From NCBI RefSeq assembly GCF_001194135.2, contig NC_068981.1, forward strand, positions 150,786,212-150,849,809: a stretch of DNA of 63,598 nucleotides, in the 5' to 3' direction. Source of the DNA: Octopus bimaculoides (lineage: Eukaryota). Below are positions 50,523 through 63,598 of this stretch, piece by piece (positions within the stretch are counted from its first letter, which is position 1; every line of letters starts with the position of its first letter). The notes under the pieces were generated by a model that was not told the DNA's origin, did no database searches, and saw only the letters and a program-made list of their open reading frames with translations. A program made the translations under genes and the position numbers.

Positions 50523-50818
50523 ATCATCATCATCATCGTCGTCATTTAACGTCCGCTTTCCATGCTAGCATGGGTTGGACGATTTGACTGAGGACTGGTG
50601 AACCAGATGGCTACACCAGGCTCCAATCTGATTTGGCAGAGTTTCTACAGCTGGATGCCCTTCCTAACGCCAACCACTCCAACAATGTAGTGGGTGCTTT
50701 TACGTACCACCTGCACGAAGGCCAGTCAGGCGGTACTGGCAATGGCTACGCTCAAAATGATTTATTTTACGTGCCACCTGCACGTAAAGTTCGGCGACAC
50801 TGGCAACGATCTCACTCG
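50523..50818 (-). mobile_element. young RTE-type 3' end
   Basis: Reverse complement nearly identical to 17945-18299 and 61352-61633. Confidence 0.85.
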
Positions 50819-51759
50819 TGAATCTTATTTTATTTAATTAGCTAGTATTTGCTATTCTAGCTATTATCAGTACATGAAGAAAAAAATTATTAAGAAAACA
50901 AGGACATAAAAAGTAAAAGAAATAAAATACAAATTAGAATAAAAAAACAAAAAACTAGAAACAGATCAAGAAATATTAGAAAAAATAAATATTAATAAAA
51001 ATTTTTGGAATAACAAAAAATGAAAAAATTGGCAAAGCCATGCAAAAACAGAAAATATGACATGCAAAACTAATATATAAAAAACAAAACAGAGCAGCAG
51101 AACAAAAAGTAAAGCAAAGACGATAATGACAAGAAAAAATATTCTGCATGATTTCTACTTCATGGAACACACAAGATATAGATCAAAATTTAGTCTAAAA
51201 ATTTATACATGGAAGTCTAAATTTTATCTCAAAATATTCTGCTTCAACAATATTGTAAAGACGGAATCATTCTTTAACATGAGTAAAGTAAGGGAGGCAG
51301 AAAAGAAAACCAGCACTTGAGTGATAAACTCCAGTGACATGAAACAATTTACTACATGTCTTCTTTGATGTGAACATAGAAATGACCTTTGAATTTTGCT
51401 GACTAACCTTTAACAGAATGGCACACAATTTTGAGGTGAAGTACACATATGTCCCAGTGAGAGGAATTGAAAAGAAATACCACCAGGTAGAAGTGTAGAG
51501 AGTATAACAAAAAATTTTAGTTACACAAACAGAGACTTACACAAATGCAAAATGTAAATATTTGTTTGTAATGGCACAATACACACACGCACGCACGCAA
51601 ACATACATGCAGGCAGGCAGGCAGACCAACAGATTTATGCTCAAACCTGAAGATTCACTATTGCTACTCTGAGTTTCTCATATTACATTTCTTCAGATAT
51701 CAAAAAGATCTTGCTTCTGTACATTTATAATTCGGTATACCATCATATTTTTATTTATT

Positions 51760-52600
51760 ACTTATTTCAGTCACTAGGCTTCTACCATCCTGGGGTAACA
51801 CCTTGAAGGATTTAGATGAAAAAAAATCAACCCCAGTACTTATTCTTTAATCTGGTACTTTTTCTATTAGTCTCTTTGCCAAGCTGTTAAATTATGGGGG
51901 TGTAAACAAACCAACACCAGCCATTAAGCAGTGGGAGACAAACATACACATACACACATATACTAGGGTGCCACTTATGTGCTGAGGGTGCTGCTGTTCT
52001 CCATCTCTGAATGCAGGATTCAGTGTCTTACCAGGAGGCACAGCAGCTTTCTAGGTGTGTTGACTCCTTCCTGGGGTCACCCACTGATATGTAGGCAACA
52101 AAACACCAACATGAGCTTTGTTGAGTCAGATAATGTGGCTCTGGGCCAGATGTTTCTACCATCTTCAAATACTCGTTCTTGTTATACCACTTGTTTTCTC
52201 TCTTGAGCCAGATGTAATGGATTGCTTTCTCGGTGGCTTCTAACAATCTTTTGGCAGCATCGTTTCTCTCCTTAGCTGCTAGTCCAAGACACCTGAACAT
52301 CAAGTGAACTCTGGTTCCACAGTTTCCATCTACCAAATTCAAGTGGTTGCTAAGTGAGTATAGTGAAGTTAGCAAATTTTTTCTGTTTGATGAAGAGATT
52401 TGCTTGAAATTTAAAAATTCTCAGACACACACACATGATGGACTTAGTAGCCAATAATATATCACTCACAAGGCATTGGTCAACCTGGTGCTATGGAAGA
52501 GAACACTTAACCAAGGGGCTAAGCAATAGGATTGAACCCAGAATCATGAGGTTCAAAATTAACTTCTTAGCCACACTGCTACACCTACTCTCATGCAAGA
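51760..52600 (-). mobile_element. bipartite SINE split by foreign sequence
   Basis: 3' half about 51760-51960; head half resumes CAGTTTCCATCTACCAAATTCA at about 52320 and TCACTCACAAGG at about 52462. Confidence 0.6.
52184..52297 (-). pseudogene. C-terminal tip of a HERO (R2-superfamily, RLE) non-LTR ORF
   Basis: LGLAAKERNDAAKRLLEATEKAIHYIWLKRENKW resembles the recalled HERO terminus LG..G..RR.AI....EAAE.AS.WLW.KR...W. Confidence 0.55.
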
Positions 52601-55495
52601 TATTAATAACTTTATTTTCTGTGAAACAAAAAGAATAGAATCCAACCAGGCAGATGGAGCTAAGAAAGATTTGTGTGAAACAATATAAATAGCTTTAATC
52701 AAGCTTGAATTTATGACCTGCAGGTTTGACCAACATTTAACCTTTGCTATACATAATGGAGAATTAAAGTACAAAGAGCAACAAATATACAAACACTGTT
52801 TAATAAAGAGTGTTATTTTTGCTTCATATATATATCATCATTTCAACTTCCACTTCCATGCTTTCATAAGGTGTATAGAGGTTTTTGTGGTAGATTTTAA
52901 ACAACCAGATTCCCTTCTCATCAATGCTTACCTATTTCCAAGCAAGGCAATATTTCTCCATGAACTGATATGTTTTTACAGAATTTTGGAAATGAATGAC
53001 ATTCATTAACAATCACATGATGTCAAGACAAGGAGACATAAACACATACACTCACACACATACATGAACACACATGATGAGTTACTATTAGTTTTTGTCT
53101 CTGAAATCCACTCACAAAGCTTTGGTCAGTACAGAGCTGCAGTGTAACACATTTGCCAAAGGTGCCATGCAGTGAGGCTTAACTTGGAACCATGTGGTTG
53201 GGAAGCAAACCTCTCAACAACAAAGCCATTCCTTTACACATCCAAAAAACAAAGAACAAACACAAAAAAACAACAATGTGAAGACATGGTACATGTAAAG
53301 TATTAGCAGACGCTCAGGGAAGGACAATATAACCAATACACATCAGACTAATTATTGTTACAACTATACATCACAATATCATCAACTCCACAAACCAAAC
53401 TGGCTAGAAATAATAGTCAAATCTTCCTCAAATTATACAATACCATCTTAAGAAAAAGAACAAGCTGGATAACATGATGCTAATGTTCCCTGTACATAGG
53501 AAAAGAAAAAAAGGTTGGCCATGGGTAAAATATCTTTTATCATAGATCTGCAGGGCCAGGACTGAGAAGGAAATAAACAATACTGACAATATACACATAC
53601 ATTCTTAAACAACTGCCCACCCACCCATACAGACACAGACACACACATACAAGCTATCACTTGACAATTTGGAAGCAAATATTCTGAACTTCATAATTAA
53701 ATAATAGGATAAATAATGTCATGAAAAAATATAAAGAAAATTCTTAAAAGAAAAAAATAGACAGAAAAGGAAAAAAAAAATTAAAGAAAATATAAAGAAA
53801 AATACAAACGTTGAAGGCTTTACACAAGAGCAAGTGGCTATTTATATAAACGGTTGGCCTTGCTCCTAATTAGACACAAGTACAAACTCAGCAAATTACA
53901 TTTTGGTGGGTTAGCTATATGGTTAGAAGAAAGCAAATAAGAATTGTTCATTAATCAGCTAAACTAAATCCCACTCTTTACAATGGACCATTTACCAAAG
54001 TTGACTTGCAATACAGTTAATTTGGTGGAAATTGAACTTCAAAAAGAAGTCAGTGAATAGTCAAACATTAGAAATTAATTATTTGTGGAAGTTGTGGAAT
54101 TTTATAAATACAGTAAAAACTAGCAATGACAGCAACAATCTTCTTTTATTTGCCACAGGGGTGTTGGATAAAGAAGACATTACAGGGACAAGTTACAATT
54201 TGTTGGGGAATTACATAACATTGAGTGAGGAGGAAAATCATGGAGTACCCCACTCTACCTGAGAAGAAGCAGTAGATGATGAGAAATTATAAAGACAGGC
54301 TATAAAAAGAAAGAAAAGAGGGAAAAGTGGTATATGCAATATTCAAGAGTGTATTTTAGACATAAGAGTACAGAACTACTCCTAAGAGTCAATCAAGGAA
54401 CCCAGCATGTTCATATTACCCAATCTCTAAGCAGAGGCGGTACCAGCAGACAGACCACATGAACAGTGGACTACATCTTATCTACAAGTAAAAAGTGCTT
54501 TGATGTAGTCAGGAGAAAAAGGGGTATAGCACAACACTCAGGTGAAATATGATACAAATGTTTATTATGACTGCCACATTCTCAGGGACCATGTCCTCTC
54601 AATCTATATCTGAGTGAGACTGGCCATCCAGTTCATTACTTTGTCCCAATTATGATCTACCTGGAGGTACAGACCAAACATGCCTCCAAACAACAGAAAC
54701 AGTTCAGGTCTCCAAGGTGTACAGTTCAAAATATTTGTTACTGCCTCTGGGATCTGCAACCATGACTCCAACAAGTATTCATTTAGTCTGACCAAGGAGT
54801 AAAATTTTTTATTAGCCACAGGAATGATGGATGAGGATACATCATTAAGAGAAATGACAAAAAAAAAATGCTAGGAGTTTACACAAAATCAATTATGGAA
54901 AACAGGCATGGAAAATAGTACACAAAAGAAATCTCTGTACTGTTTCAATTTTTGTATATGTACTGCAAAAGCTAAAACACAAAAGAATGATGATGTTCAA
55001 GTTCAAATGAGATGTTCAAATAGAGGGACAAATACCTAAAGTTACTTCAGAACCTCACAGATCCAGGATTACTTGACTACTAAGGATAATTACTACCTCC
55101 CATTTGTATTGTTAAGCCTACAAGTGCATGCATAGAATAAGTTCATTCACCCATACCAGTCTCACTACACTTACACACCTTTCAGCTAATTAACTAGAGA
55201 GCAGCACTCCCTTTCTACCTTCACCTTCCTCTCTAGGTGTAAAAATACACAAGTGAGTGCTGCAAGGTAATTTTTCTGATATTCTCTTGACACCTTCCCA
55301 CACACACACACACACAAGGTTAAAAACATTCTAATCTCTAACATAGGGATAAGGAAGTAAATAACTGAAGGAAGTGGTTATTGCTGATTGCATTGACCTG
55401 GGTTTCACTGGTTTTTATTTTAACAACATAAATAAGCATCATAAATAAGCACAGGCACAAGGACTCAAATCTTTGGGGAGTGGGACACAATTATA

Positions 55496-55622
55496 TAGGG
55501 TGTCCACAATGTCTGGGTATATGGTGATTAACACATACTTTCAGAAATTATTATTTCTTATATTTAATTGTTTATGTTATGATTTTATTTACTCCATGTA
55601 GCCAGACTTTGTGGACACCCTG
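55496..55622. mobile_element. Tc1/mariner MITE with TA TSD, nested in an OK-type SINE (about 55440-55770, minus)
   Basis: TA+TAGGGTGTCCACAATGTCTGGGTATATGG versus right end reverse complement TA+CAGGGTGTCCACAAAGTCTGGCTACATGG, 27/31 identical. Confidence 0.9.
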
Positions 55623-56330
55623 TAGATTATATCAATCATGACAAGTAATTTATTCTATCAAAGTCAGAAGGATGAAAGACAAGGTTAGCCTTGGTAAGAT
55701 TTGAGCTCAGAATGTACAAGGACATAGTGAAATATCTCAAGACATATAATTTGTCAATCCATCACCATAAGAGCAACAACAATAATCTTCATCATCATTT
55801 AACCTCTATCTTTCATATTGGCATGGATTGGCTAGTTTGACAGCCAGACAACAGCACCAAGCACCATTGTTTGCTCTGGCATGGATTCTACAGTCAGATG
55901 CCCTTCCTAACACTAACCACTTTACAGAGTGTACTGGGTACTTTTTATGTGGTACCAGCACCGGTGCTTTTTATGTGGCAAGGCCAACAATTCTAGAGGC
56001 AGAGGACAAGTTAATTACATTGACTCTAGTAATTGGATGGTACTTTATTTTATCAATCCCGAAAGGATGATAGGCAAGCTGACCTTGACAGGATTTGGGA
56101 TCAGAAGGTAAAGAGCTCAAAAAAATATGGCTAGGTATTTTGTCCAACTCTCTAACATTTCTGCCAGCTACCACCATAATAGTAATAATAATAATAATAA
56201 TAATATGTTGCTTGGATGTTAAGTATCATTGTGAGGCTCTTGGCAGCAGGTTGTTGTCTGTTCTTACAGAATTAGCCGGAGAAAGTGAAATCAAGAGCTC
56301 TGAAAAATGAATTATATAATAATAATAATA

Positions 56331-56685
56331 ATTATTATTATTATTGTTCTTATTCTAAAAAGACTCTCAGTTTTTAATTACTGGTTATTCTTTACTTGAA
56401 CACAGGCAATAACAAATTACCAAAAGTTTCAAGTAGCGCCTTCTTCAGCGACTCAAAGACACAATACTCTCCTTAGAATGCAAGCTGTACCCAACAATGT
56501 TGTCTTCTGGATCACCTCGCGCCTCACAGCAGCTCCAATATTCTTAATATGTTTTTCAAAGCCCTTGGAAATCTGCTCCTAATGCTCCAATTACCACCGG
56601 TATCACCATTACTTTACTCATGCCCCATAACTTGCCTATCTCGTCCCACAGTAGCTGGTATTCCTCAATCTTTTCTGTTTCCTTA
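56331..56685 (-). mobile_element. R4/Dong-clade non-LTR retrotransposon 3' fragment with (AAT)n tail (not in the ORF track)
   Basis: Minus 56683-56453 encodes ETEKIEEYQLLWDEIGKLWGMSKVMVIPVVIGALG, one frameshift, then FEKHIKNIGAAVRREVIQKTTLLGTACILRRVLCL*, the R4/Dong RLE C-terminus. Confidence 0.8.
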
Positions 56686-56709
56686 CATTATTATCATCAT
56701 CATCATCAT

Positions 56710-57430
56710 CATTATTCTTTCAACTTTAGGCACAAAGCCAGAAATCTTGGGGGAGGAGTTAGTTGATTACACTGATCCCAGGACTCAACTGGTACTTTAT
56801 CAACACCCAAAAGACGAAAGGGAAAATTGACCTGGGCAGAATTTGATCTCAGAAAGTAACGATTCAGAATAAAAACAGCAAAGCATTTTGGTGACCCTCC
56901 AACAATTCCTTCAATCCAGCAACCTTAAAAAAATCCTAATTTAGGCACAAGGCTGAAAAATTTCAGAGGAGGGAGTTAATAAACTAAACTGACTTCAATA
57001 TTCAACTGATACTATAGTTTATCATTTGGAGAGAGATAAAAAATAAAGTTGACCTTGGTATGATATGAACTCAGAAAGAAAAATCATAACTAAATAACAC
57101 ATATATTTTTGTCTGATGCTCAAACAATTTTGACAATCCACCATCTTTATCAATAATTTTAAATTGATTTCTACCATTAGCATGGCCACACCGTTTGGGG
57201 TAGTGTATAGTCAATTAAATTTATTTCAGTATTTGATTGATACTTCATTTTATCGACCCCACCAGACAGATGAAAGGTAAAGTTAATCTCAGCAGGATTT
57301 AATAATATTAATTATTTTCACAACTATTTTAATCAATCCAGCTATTTGACTGGTACTTATTTTATCAACCTTAGAAGAATAAAAAGCAAACTTGACCTTA
57401 GCAGGATGTGAACACAAATCATAAAACTGC
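56710..57430 (-). mobile_element. tandem cluster of about four degenerate OK-type SINEs
   Basis: Repeated AGGCACAA.GC..GAAA, ACTGGTACTT and AAAGTTGACCT motifs. Confidence 0.65.
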
Positions 57431-58007
57431 AACTAAACACTTTGATGCATTTTTTTTTCTCCTCTGCTGATTCTGCCCATTTTCAGTCCTGATAAATCAA
57501 TAATAATATTGATAAATTAGGAAAGAAAAAAAAAAAAAGAAAAACAAATCAAGGTAAGAGATCCCTGATGAATTTTAAAATATGATGAAACTAGTTTGTT
57601 TGATCGTCACTCTAGGCTGACAAAAGCCTAATGATGTAACCAATGGACTCAAATGTATATACTCAAGTACAATGTGACCTCAAATATAATATGACCCCAT
57701 ATTTTGTACCTAAAAGCCAGTAATCTTTTTTATCTTATCTTTTATTTTATGCATGGGTATAATGCTATTCAAATCCCACCACAATCACCACTTTTGACTT
57801 CTTTATCAAAATTTCTCAACGTATACGCAATATAGTATTTTTACAGCTTGCCTAAATATGTATGTTAGCTATACATGAATATGACATTATATATTTATTG
57901 TTAGTTTTAGTTTACTTAATAGACTGGAATATTAATAAACAGTTAATAGTTTGCATTTTGATTATATATATAGCTTTTAATAAACTATTTCATTCATTAA
58001 TTCTTGT

Positions 58008-58089
<82 letters not shown>

Positions 58090-60704
58090 CTGTTGTTATT
58101 TAGCTCCAAGTCAGGTTTAATCAAGCATCTTTTTGTGTATCTAGGATTAAATCATTCGTTGTCCTATTGTTAAGACTGTCAAGCATGATTTAAGGGAGGT
58201 TTGATTGCTATTTCTATATTTCTAGCAGGTCAAACAACTACAGTCTCATGCATTGTTTTTTTTTTTTTAATTCTTACAAATTCAATTTTATAAAATGTAA
58301 TTAACAAAGCATTTTATTTACTAATTTGAGTTACAATTTCTAGAGGTGGTTGTTATTGTTGTTGCTATGGTAACTACTGAAGAGCTACTGAAGCAAGCAG
58401 TGATGTTACTGCTATCATAGCAACTGTTATAGCTGATATCCTAGCGACTGTGGTAATGGTTGCCTTCGTAACTGTAGCAACTGTTGGTTGTTTGTTTATT
58501 GCTAGATCTTTCATTGAACAGACCTGTGATCAAAGGCTTTCCAACCATAGCAATCCAATTTCTTTTATATCATATGGACTACATTGTCCAATTTGTCTTT
58601 TTTAAGGTAGTCAGGTACCATTTTAGGGGGGAAATTTGCCAGCTATTTCCAGCGGGTCAAGCAACCATATTGATGTTCCACCATAAACTCATTACAGTAG
58701 CAGTTTCTGTTAAAGTAGATGTTATTCTTTAACCCTAGGTTTACACTGAACAAAGATATATGATTAAAGGCACTTAGACAGTCCATTGAAATTTTTTTTT
58801 TTACTCTTACAGACTGCATTGTGCAATGTGTCCCACCTTTTTTTTTTAAACAGATATAATGTGGTAGCTACTTTTAGCAGTTCTAGCAACCACATCAAGG
58901 CTTCCTTGCTAACTTGCCATAGCGTTTACTGTAATAGCTATGGTAGGTATTACAACATCTAAAATACAAACACAAACCAATGCCAAAGCCTCTATTCAGT
59001 CACCTGTCCTACTAGAAATAGCAACTAAGAATTTTACTTAAAATTCAACATTTTTGTATTGAAAAGGAAAGGAACTAATCGATAATAGAGTTCTAAACAG
59101 ACAATGTCTGTAAAAAAAATAATTCCTGGCTCAACCAGAACAGCTTTGGTCATATGTTAATTCACCAATAGCTGACCTGTGGTTAAACCACAACACACTA
59201 CAATGTCATAATGCCATAACAACTCCACAATGAAGGAAACTGTATGACTGTTTGATTTGCTAAAAATAGCAGTCAAATTTTCTTCAGAATCACACACTAT
59301 GGTTTTGACAAAAGGTGGACATCATCATCTTCATTGTTTAATGTTTGGCTTCCATATTGATATGAGTTGTATGGCTTGACAGGATCTGACAGGTTGGGGG
59401 ACTGTATTGAGCATTAATGTCTGCTTTGGCATAGTTTCTACTTCGGTTGGATTCCTCTCCTAATGCCAATCACTTTACAGAGTGTACCGGTTGCCTTTTT
59501 CAGGGCACTTGTACGAGTAAAGACCACATTGTAATGTGCAAGAATCAGAGCCTAAAATGTTCCTAAAACCAAATGAAAACAGAAGAGAAAGTGTGCAATG
59601 ATTCTAGGCTGGGAGATGAAGTAGGGACAAGTAAAATGAGGGAGATGTATTACATTATTTAGTCTTAGCTATACAAAAGCTTATGTATATAAACAACTTT
59701 CTTAGGAGCATTCCAATCTACAAGATAAATTAATATAGTACTTGAGTAAATAAATGAGGTCCTATAGTGGAAGACTGAACTGATGATCAAATGAACTAGT
59801 TTCATCTTACATTTAAAACTCACCAGAGACCGCTTACCTCTGCCTCATACACTGCTGAAGAAACCTAACAGAGCTGCATAATAAAAATATGAAGATTGTG
59901 GTTGGCAAAAATCATTTAAATAATGGTACGTGGTTGACAACTGAAGATTAATAACTACAGAAAATGTACGGCATGGGTTACAAAGAGCATGAATAAGAAG
60001 TCGCATGTATATTTTTGATAAACATATATATAGTATTGCTATGAGAAACAGGTACAATAGTTAAATAAATCCTTTCTACTATAGGCATAAGGCTGGAAAC
60101 TTTGAGAGAGATGGGCACATAAATGACATCAATCACAGTGCTTGAGTGGTACTTAATTTATCGACCCTAAAAAGGATATAAGACAAAGTCATATGTTAAC
60201 ACTAAAATTTACTTCTTGCTTTTCAGATGAATGCAGAAGGTGTCTTGAACTCTTTAATTTCTAATAGGAAACAATCTGAGACAAATGTTACCATCAGCAT
60301 CTATTAAAAAACAAACTCAAGTTAAAAATAGCCAGAAAATATGGATGCCATTTTAGAAAATACATTTACATTACAAAAATTTGGTTTTGAGGCTTTCGAG
60401 AATAATTGCTGGAAATTGAATGTTATAAGCTACTTAGCAGCAAAGGAAAATAAAAATATATATGCTTGAACACACAAACACACATATATGATACATATAG
60501 ATTTATGTATACATAAATACAAACACACCCATATCTACACACATACATAGATAACCACATATACACACATATACATACACATATTTATACACACACACAT
60601 AAATACTAATATTTATACACACACATATCCACATCTTTATAGGCCTATCTTTCAGCTTCATATCTCTTTTTACTATACCATTCCATCACCATGTCACCTT
60701 CTGT

Positions 60705-60950
60705 CTAATTGGAACCTTGTTCCAACCAGACATCTGACCTGTAAATTGTAGTAGGCAGTCTCATAGCAACTACCTCCTTACCCTTCTTGTCATACATATC
60801 AACCAGCACTTCCTGGATCCTACATATTACTGAAGGATTTTTCAGCTTCCATACCTTCCTTCCTCTAATGATCTTACTCTTACACTGAAGTCTCTGATCA
60901 CAAGTCCAGAGTACACAGAGAAATACAGTCTTCACTGGGAAAGCACTTAA
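60705..60950 (-). pseudogene. possible RTE endonuclease-RT linker relic
   Basis: GRKVWKLKNP resembles the RTE linker motif R..WKLKDP; single motif only. Confidence 0.4.
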
Positions 60951-61351
60951 TATTTGCAATCAGTTTTCTATTCCACTTCATGAAGCCTTTATAGCTTGTG
61001 TACCAGTTTCCTAAAGGAAGTGATGCTGATGGCAAGGTAGTGTGGCTGATGATACACTCATGCTGGCACTATGTAAATGCACCCATGCCAGTGGCATGGA
61101 AAAAGTACCTAGTACACTTTGTAAAGTGGTTGGCATTAGAAAGGGTATCCAGTTGTAGAACCAATTCCACAACAGACAATTGGAATTTGGACAGCTCCCT
61201 GGCTGGTCAGCCCCATCAAACCATCCAACTCATGCCAGCATGGAAAACAGACATAAAAAAATGATGATGATGAGTGAGACACCTTCAGCAAGTGTTTGCT
61301 ACTATATCCCCAGATCAACCAAAACCTCATGAGTGGATTTGGTATAATAGC

Positions 61352-61633
61352 TCCGCAGTCTGGACTGGCTCTTGTGCGGGTGGCACATAAAATACACCAT
61401 TTTGAGCATGGCCGTTGCCAGTACCGCCTGACTGGCCTTCGTGCAGGCGACACGTAAAAGCACCCACTACACTCTCGGAGTGGTTGGCGTTAGGAAGGGC
61501 ATCCAGCTGTAGAAACTCTGCCAAATCAGATTGGAGCCTGGTGTAGCCATCTGGTTTCACCAGTCCTCAGTCAAATCGTCCAACCCATGCTAGCATGGAA
61601 AGCGAACGTTAAACGATGATGATGATGATGATG
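61352..61633 (+). mobile_element. young RTE-type 3' end inserted into a bipartite SINE head
   Basis: SINE text GAGTGGATTTGGTA stops at 61344 and resumes AAACTGAAAGAAGCC right after the (GAT)n tail. Another RTE-type end lies at about 61050-61270. Confidence 0.85.
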
Positions 61634-62009
61634 AAACTGAAAGAAGCCTGTTGTATATATATGTATGTGTCTTACTGACTTCTTGTCTTGATTTTATGCA
61701 ATAGTTGCAAATGAATGTCACCATCATGCAAGTGGTATCCTTCATTTCCAATGATTGTGAAAACATGTCAAGTCATGCGGAATATTACCCTACTTGGAAA
61801 CAGGTGAGGGTCAGTGAAAGGAAGGGCATCTAGCTGTACAAAAAAATCCATTTCAGCAAATTCTATCTGACCCATGCAAGTATGGAAAAGTAGATGTTAA
61901 ATGATGATGATGTAGTCTGCAAGACAGTCTCATAGAACTGATCCTTTTTGCTCAATTACTAAACTATGACTAGCATCTGCTAAATTAATTGAATATTTGC
62001 TAATTTCAC

Positions 62010-62056
<47 letters not shown>

Positions 62057-62931
62057 CGTAGAGAACATAGAGATGCTAGACAGTAAGAATAAAAAGATAG
62101 AAGATGCTACTGAAATTTTAGGAAACAGTTGCTGAAATAACATAGAAACATCTGTTTTAAGTTGATGTTCCTTGTTTAGCTTTCAAGAAAATGATTCCCT
62201 GATGATTATAACAGCAGCAGCTACATCAATTGTTAGAATACTAGCAGAAATGCAAACTCTCTTTGAAGTTAATTATCAATGGCAATTGCTGTTTTCATCT
62301 TCACAAGCTTGTTGCCATTTAATCGCACATCAACCTTCGCTGAGCAGACTTATAAACAAGAGCAATCCAGCCTTGACCACCCTGTCATCATTTTATCTGT
62401 ATCTAGAATTACATTACCTGATGTGTTATTTCCATCTTAAAGAGAACAGGTAGAAGTGTAGTGTTTTGAGGGATTTTGGCTGCCATCTCTAGCAGATTCA
62501 GCAACCACAGAGGTGATCGTGTGAATATTATAACTGCTCTTGTTTATGTTCTTTAGCCTTTATTGTCAAGGATGTTGTTCTTTAGCCTCTATTGTCAAAG
62601 GCAGTCCATCCATGACTATTCCATTTTATTTTTAAGAGGTACATTATCCAAGCGTCTTTCTTTTTATTTATTATTTGTGTTATTGTAGAGTATGATCTAG
62701 GAAAGATTTGACTATTGTTTCTAACAGTCGTTTGTAACCCTATGTTAGCCATAATTCATCAGACCTATGAACAAAGGCATGCCAGTCAAAGTTATTGCTA
62801 TTTTTTTTTTCAGATATACTTTATCTAAGACCACATTATTTGATGTCTCTGTCCTTTACTAAGTTGAAAAAAGGATCTCATTTATGAGAGATTTAGCTGC
62901 TATATGTAGCAGGATGAGCTACCACCTAAAT

Positions 62932-63040
62932 CAGTGGCTTTCAACCAGGATCCAAATAAAATTTTATTATTAAAATTTATGTGCAATATTTTAATTTCTT
63001 TTATACAATTCTTAATATGTAATTATAAAAATAAAGTAAG

Positions 63041-63118
<78 letters not shown>

Positions 63119-63199
63119 GCAAATGGCTATGTATACCCTGTAGAGTAAAACAGGAATCAAAAGGGGTACATAGGCAAAAAAATGGTTGAAAGCCACTTG
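62932..63199. mobile_element. hAT-like MITE containing (TA)n
   Basis: CAGTGGCTTTCAACC at 62932 and GGTTGAAAGCCACT at 63184-63197 form a perfect 14-bp inverted match. No TSD is visible. Confidence 0.7.
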
Positions 63200-63598
63200 T
63201 CAAGAGTCCATTTGACTCATTACTGTTTAGCCCCAGTCAGATTTGATCCAATAGAATTATGATCAAAAGGTGCTCAAAATATAACAATTTTAAAGCATAG
63301 TGTATCTAAGACATTATCTTTCATCCCTTCCTTTCTTTCTTTAAGATGCTTGAGGGATCTAATTAGAAGATTTGGCTGCTATTTTTAACATGTTATACAA
63401 CAGTAAGAAGATTATCTTCTAGGTACTGCTTCACTGGTGGCATTATCCTTTGCACCAGCTGCTCATAATACAGCTATTAGGCAACAGACTATACAGCTAT
63501 TAGAGAGCAGTTTATATAACTTTCATCCATTTATTATACAGCAGATTATAGAACTCTCATATAGGTATTATACAGCAGACTATAAAGCTATTGTACAG

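Noticed and set aside
54159-54224. Candidate 66-nt exon after TCTTCTTTTATTTGCCACAG (GVLDKEDITGTSYNLLGNYITL)
   Set aside because: Weak donor, unrecognised peptide and no partner exons. A nearby VDYIL motif suggests decayed LINE endonuclease. Spliced RNA-seq reads would overturn this.
56415-56452. CTGAAGA...GAAAC hammerhead-like string in the R4/Dong 3' UTR (minus)
   Set aside because: Stem II is marginal and no stem I pairing is possible.
58365-58490. T/A/V-rich open stretch on the minus strand
   Set aside because: Low-complexity GCTA/ACTG sequence under 45 codons with no splice support.
62547-62600. Short tandem duplication with 29-bp period (also a 10-bp one near 21161)
   Set aside because: Ordinary slippage events.

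Overview
AT-rich, microsatellite-dense eukaryotic DNA from a gapped short-read assembly (six N runs). The repeat families look like octopus (coleoid cephalopod) SINEs, but this is recognition from memory, not a database result. I find no intact host gene, tRNA/rRNA gene or CRISPR array, so the window reads as intergenic or deep intronic. Content: dozens of tRNA-derived SINEs of at least three families; many (GAT)n-tailed RTE-type 3' ends; decayed non-LTR retroelement fragments (Penelope, L1/Tx1, RTE, HERO-like, R4/Dong-like); an LTR pair; a decayed POGK-like pogo transposase; mariner, hAT and piggyBac-like MITEs. Most listed ORFs are microsatellite or N-gap artefacts. The most notable structures are: a perfect 145-bp direct repeat bracketing a 2-kb cargo that includes the dead pogo; a foldback made of two tRNA-like arms; repeated occupation of the central microsatellite slot of one SINE family by other sequences; a three-layer MITE/LTR/Penelope nest with a hammerhead-like motif; and an 8-unit hairpin array in an RTE-type 3' end. 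I cannot claim a new biological system; these are leads. Boundaries of degenerate repeats are approximate.
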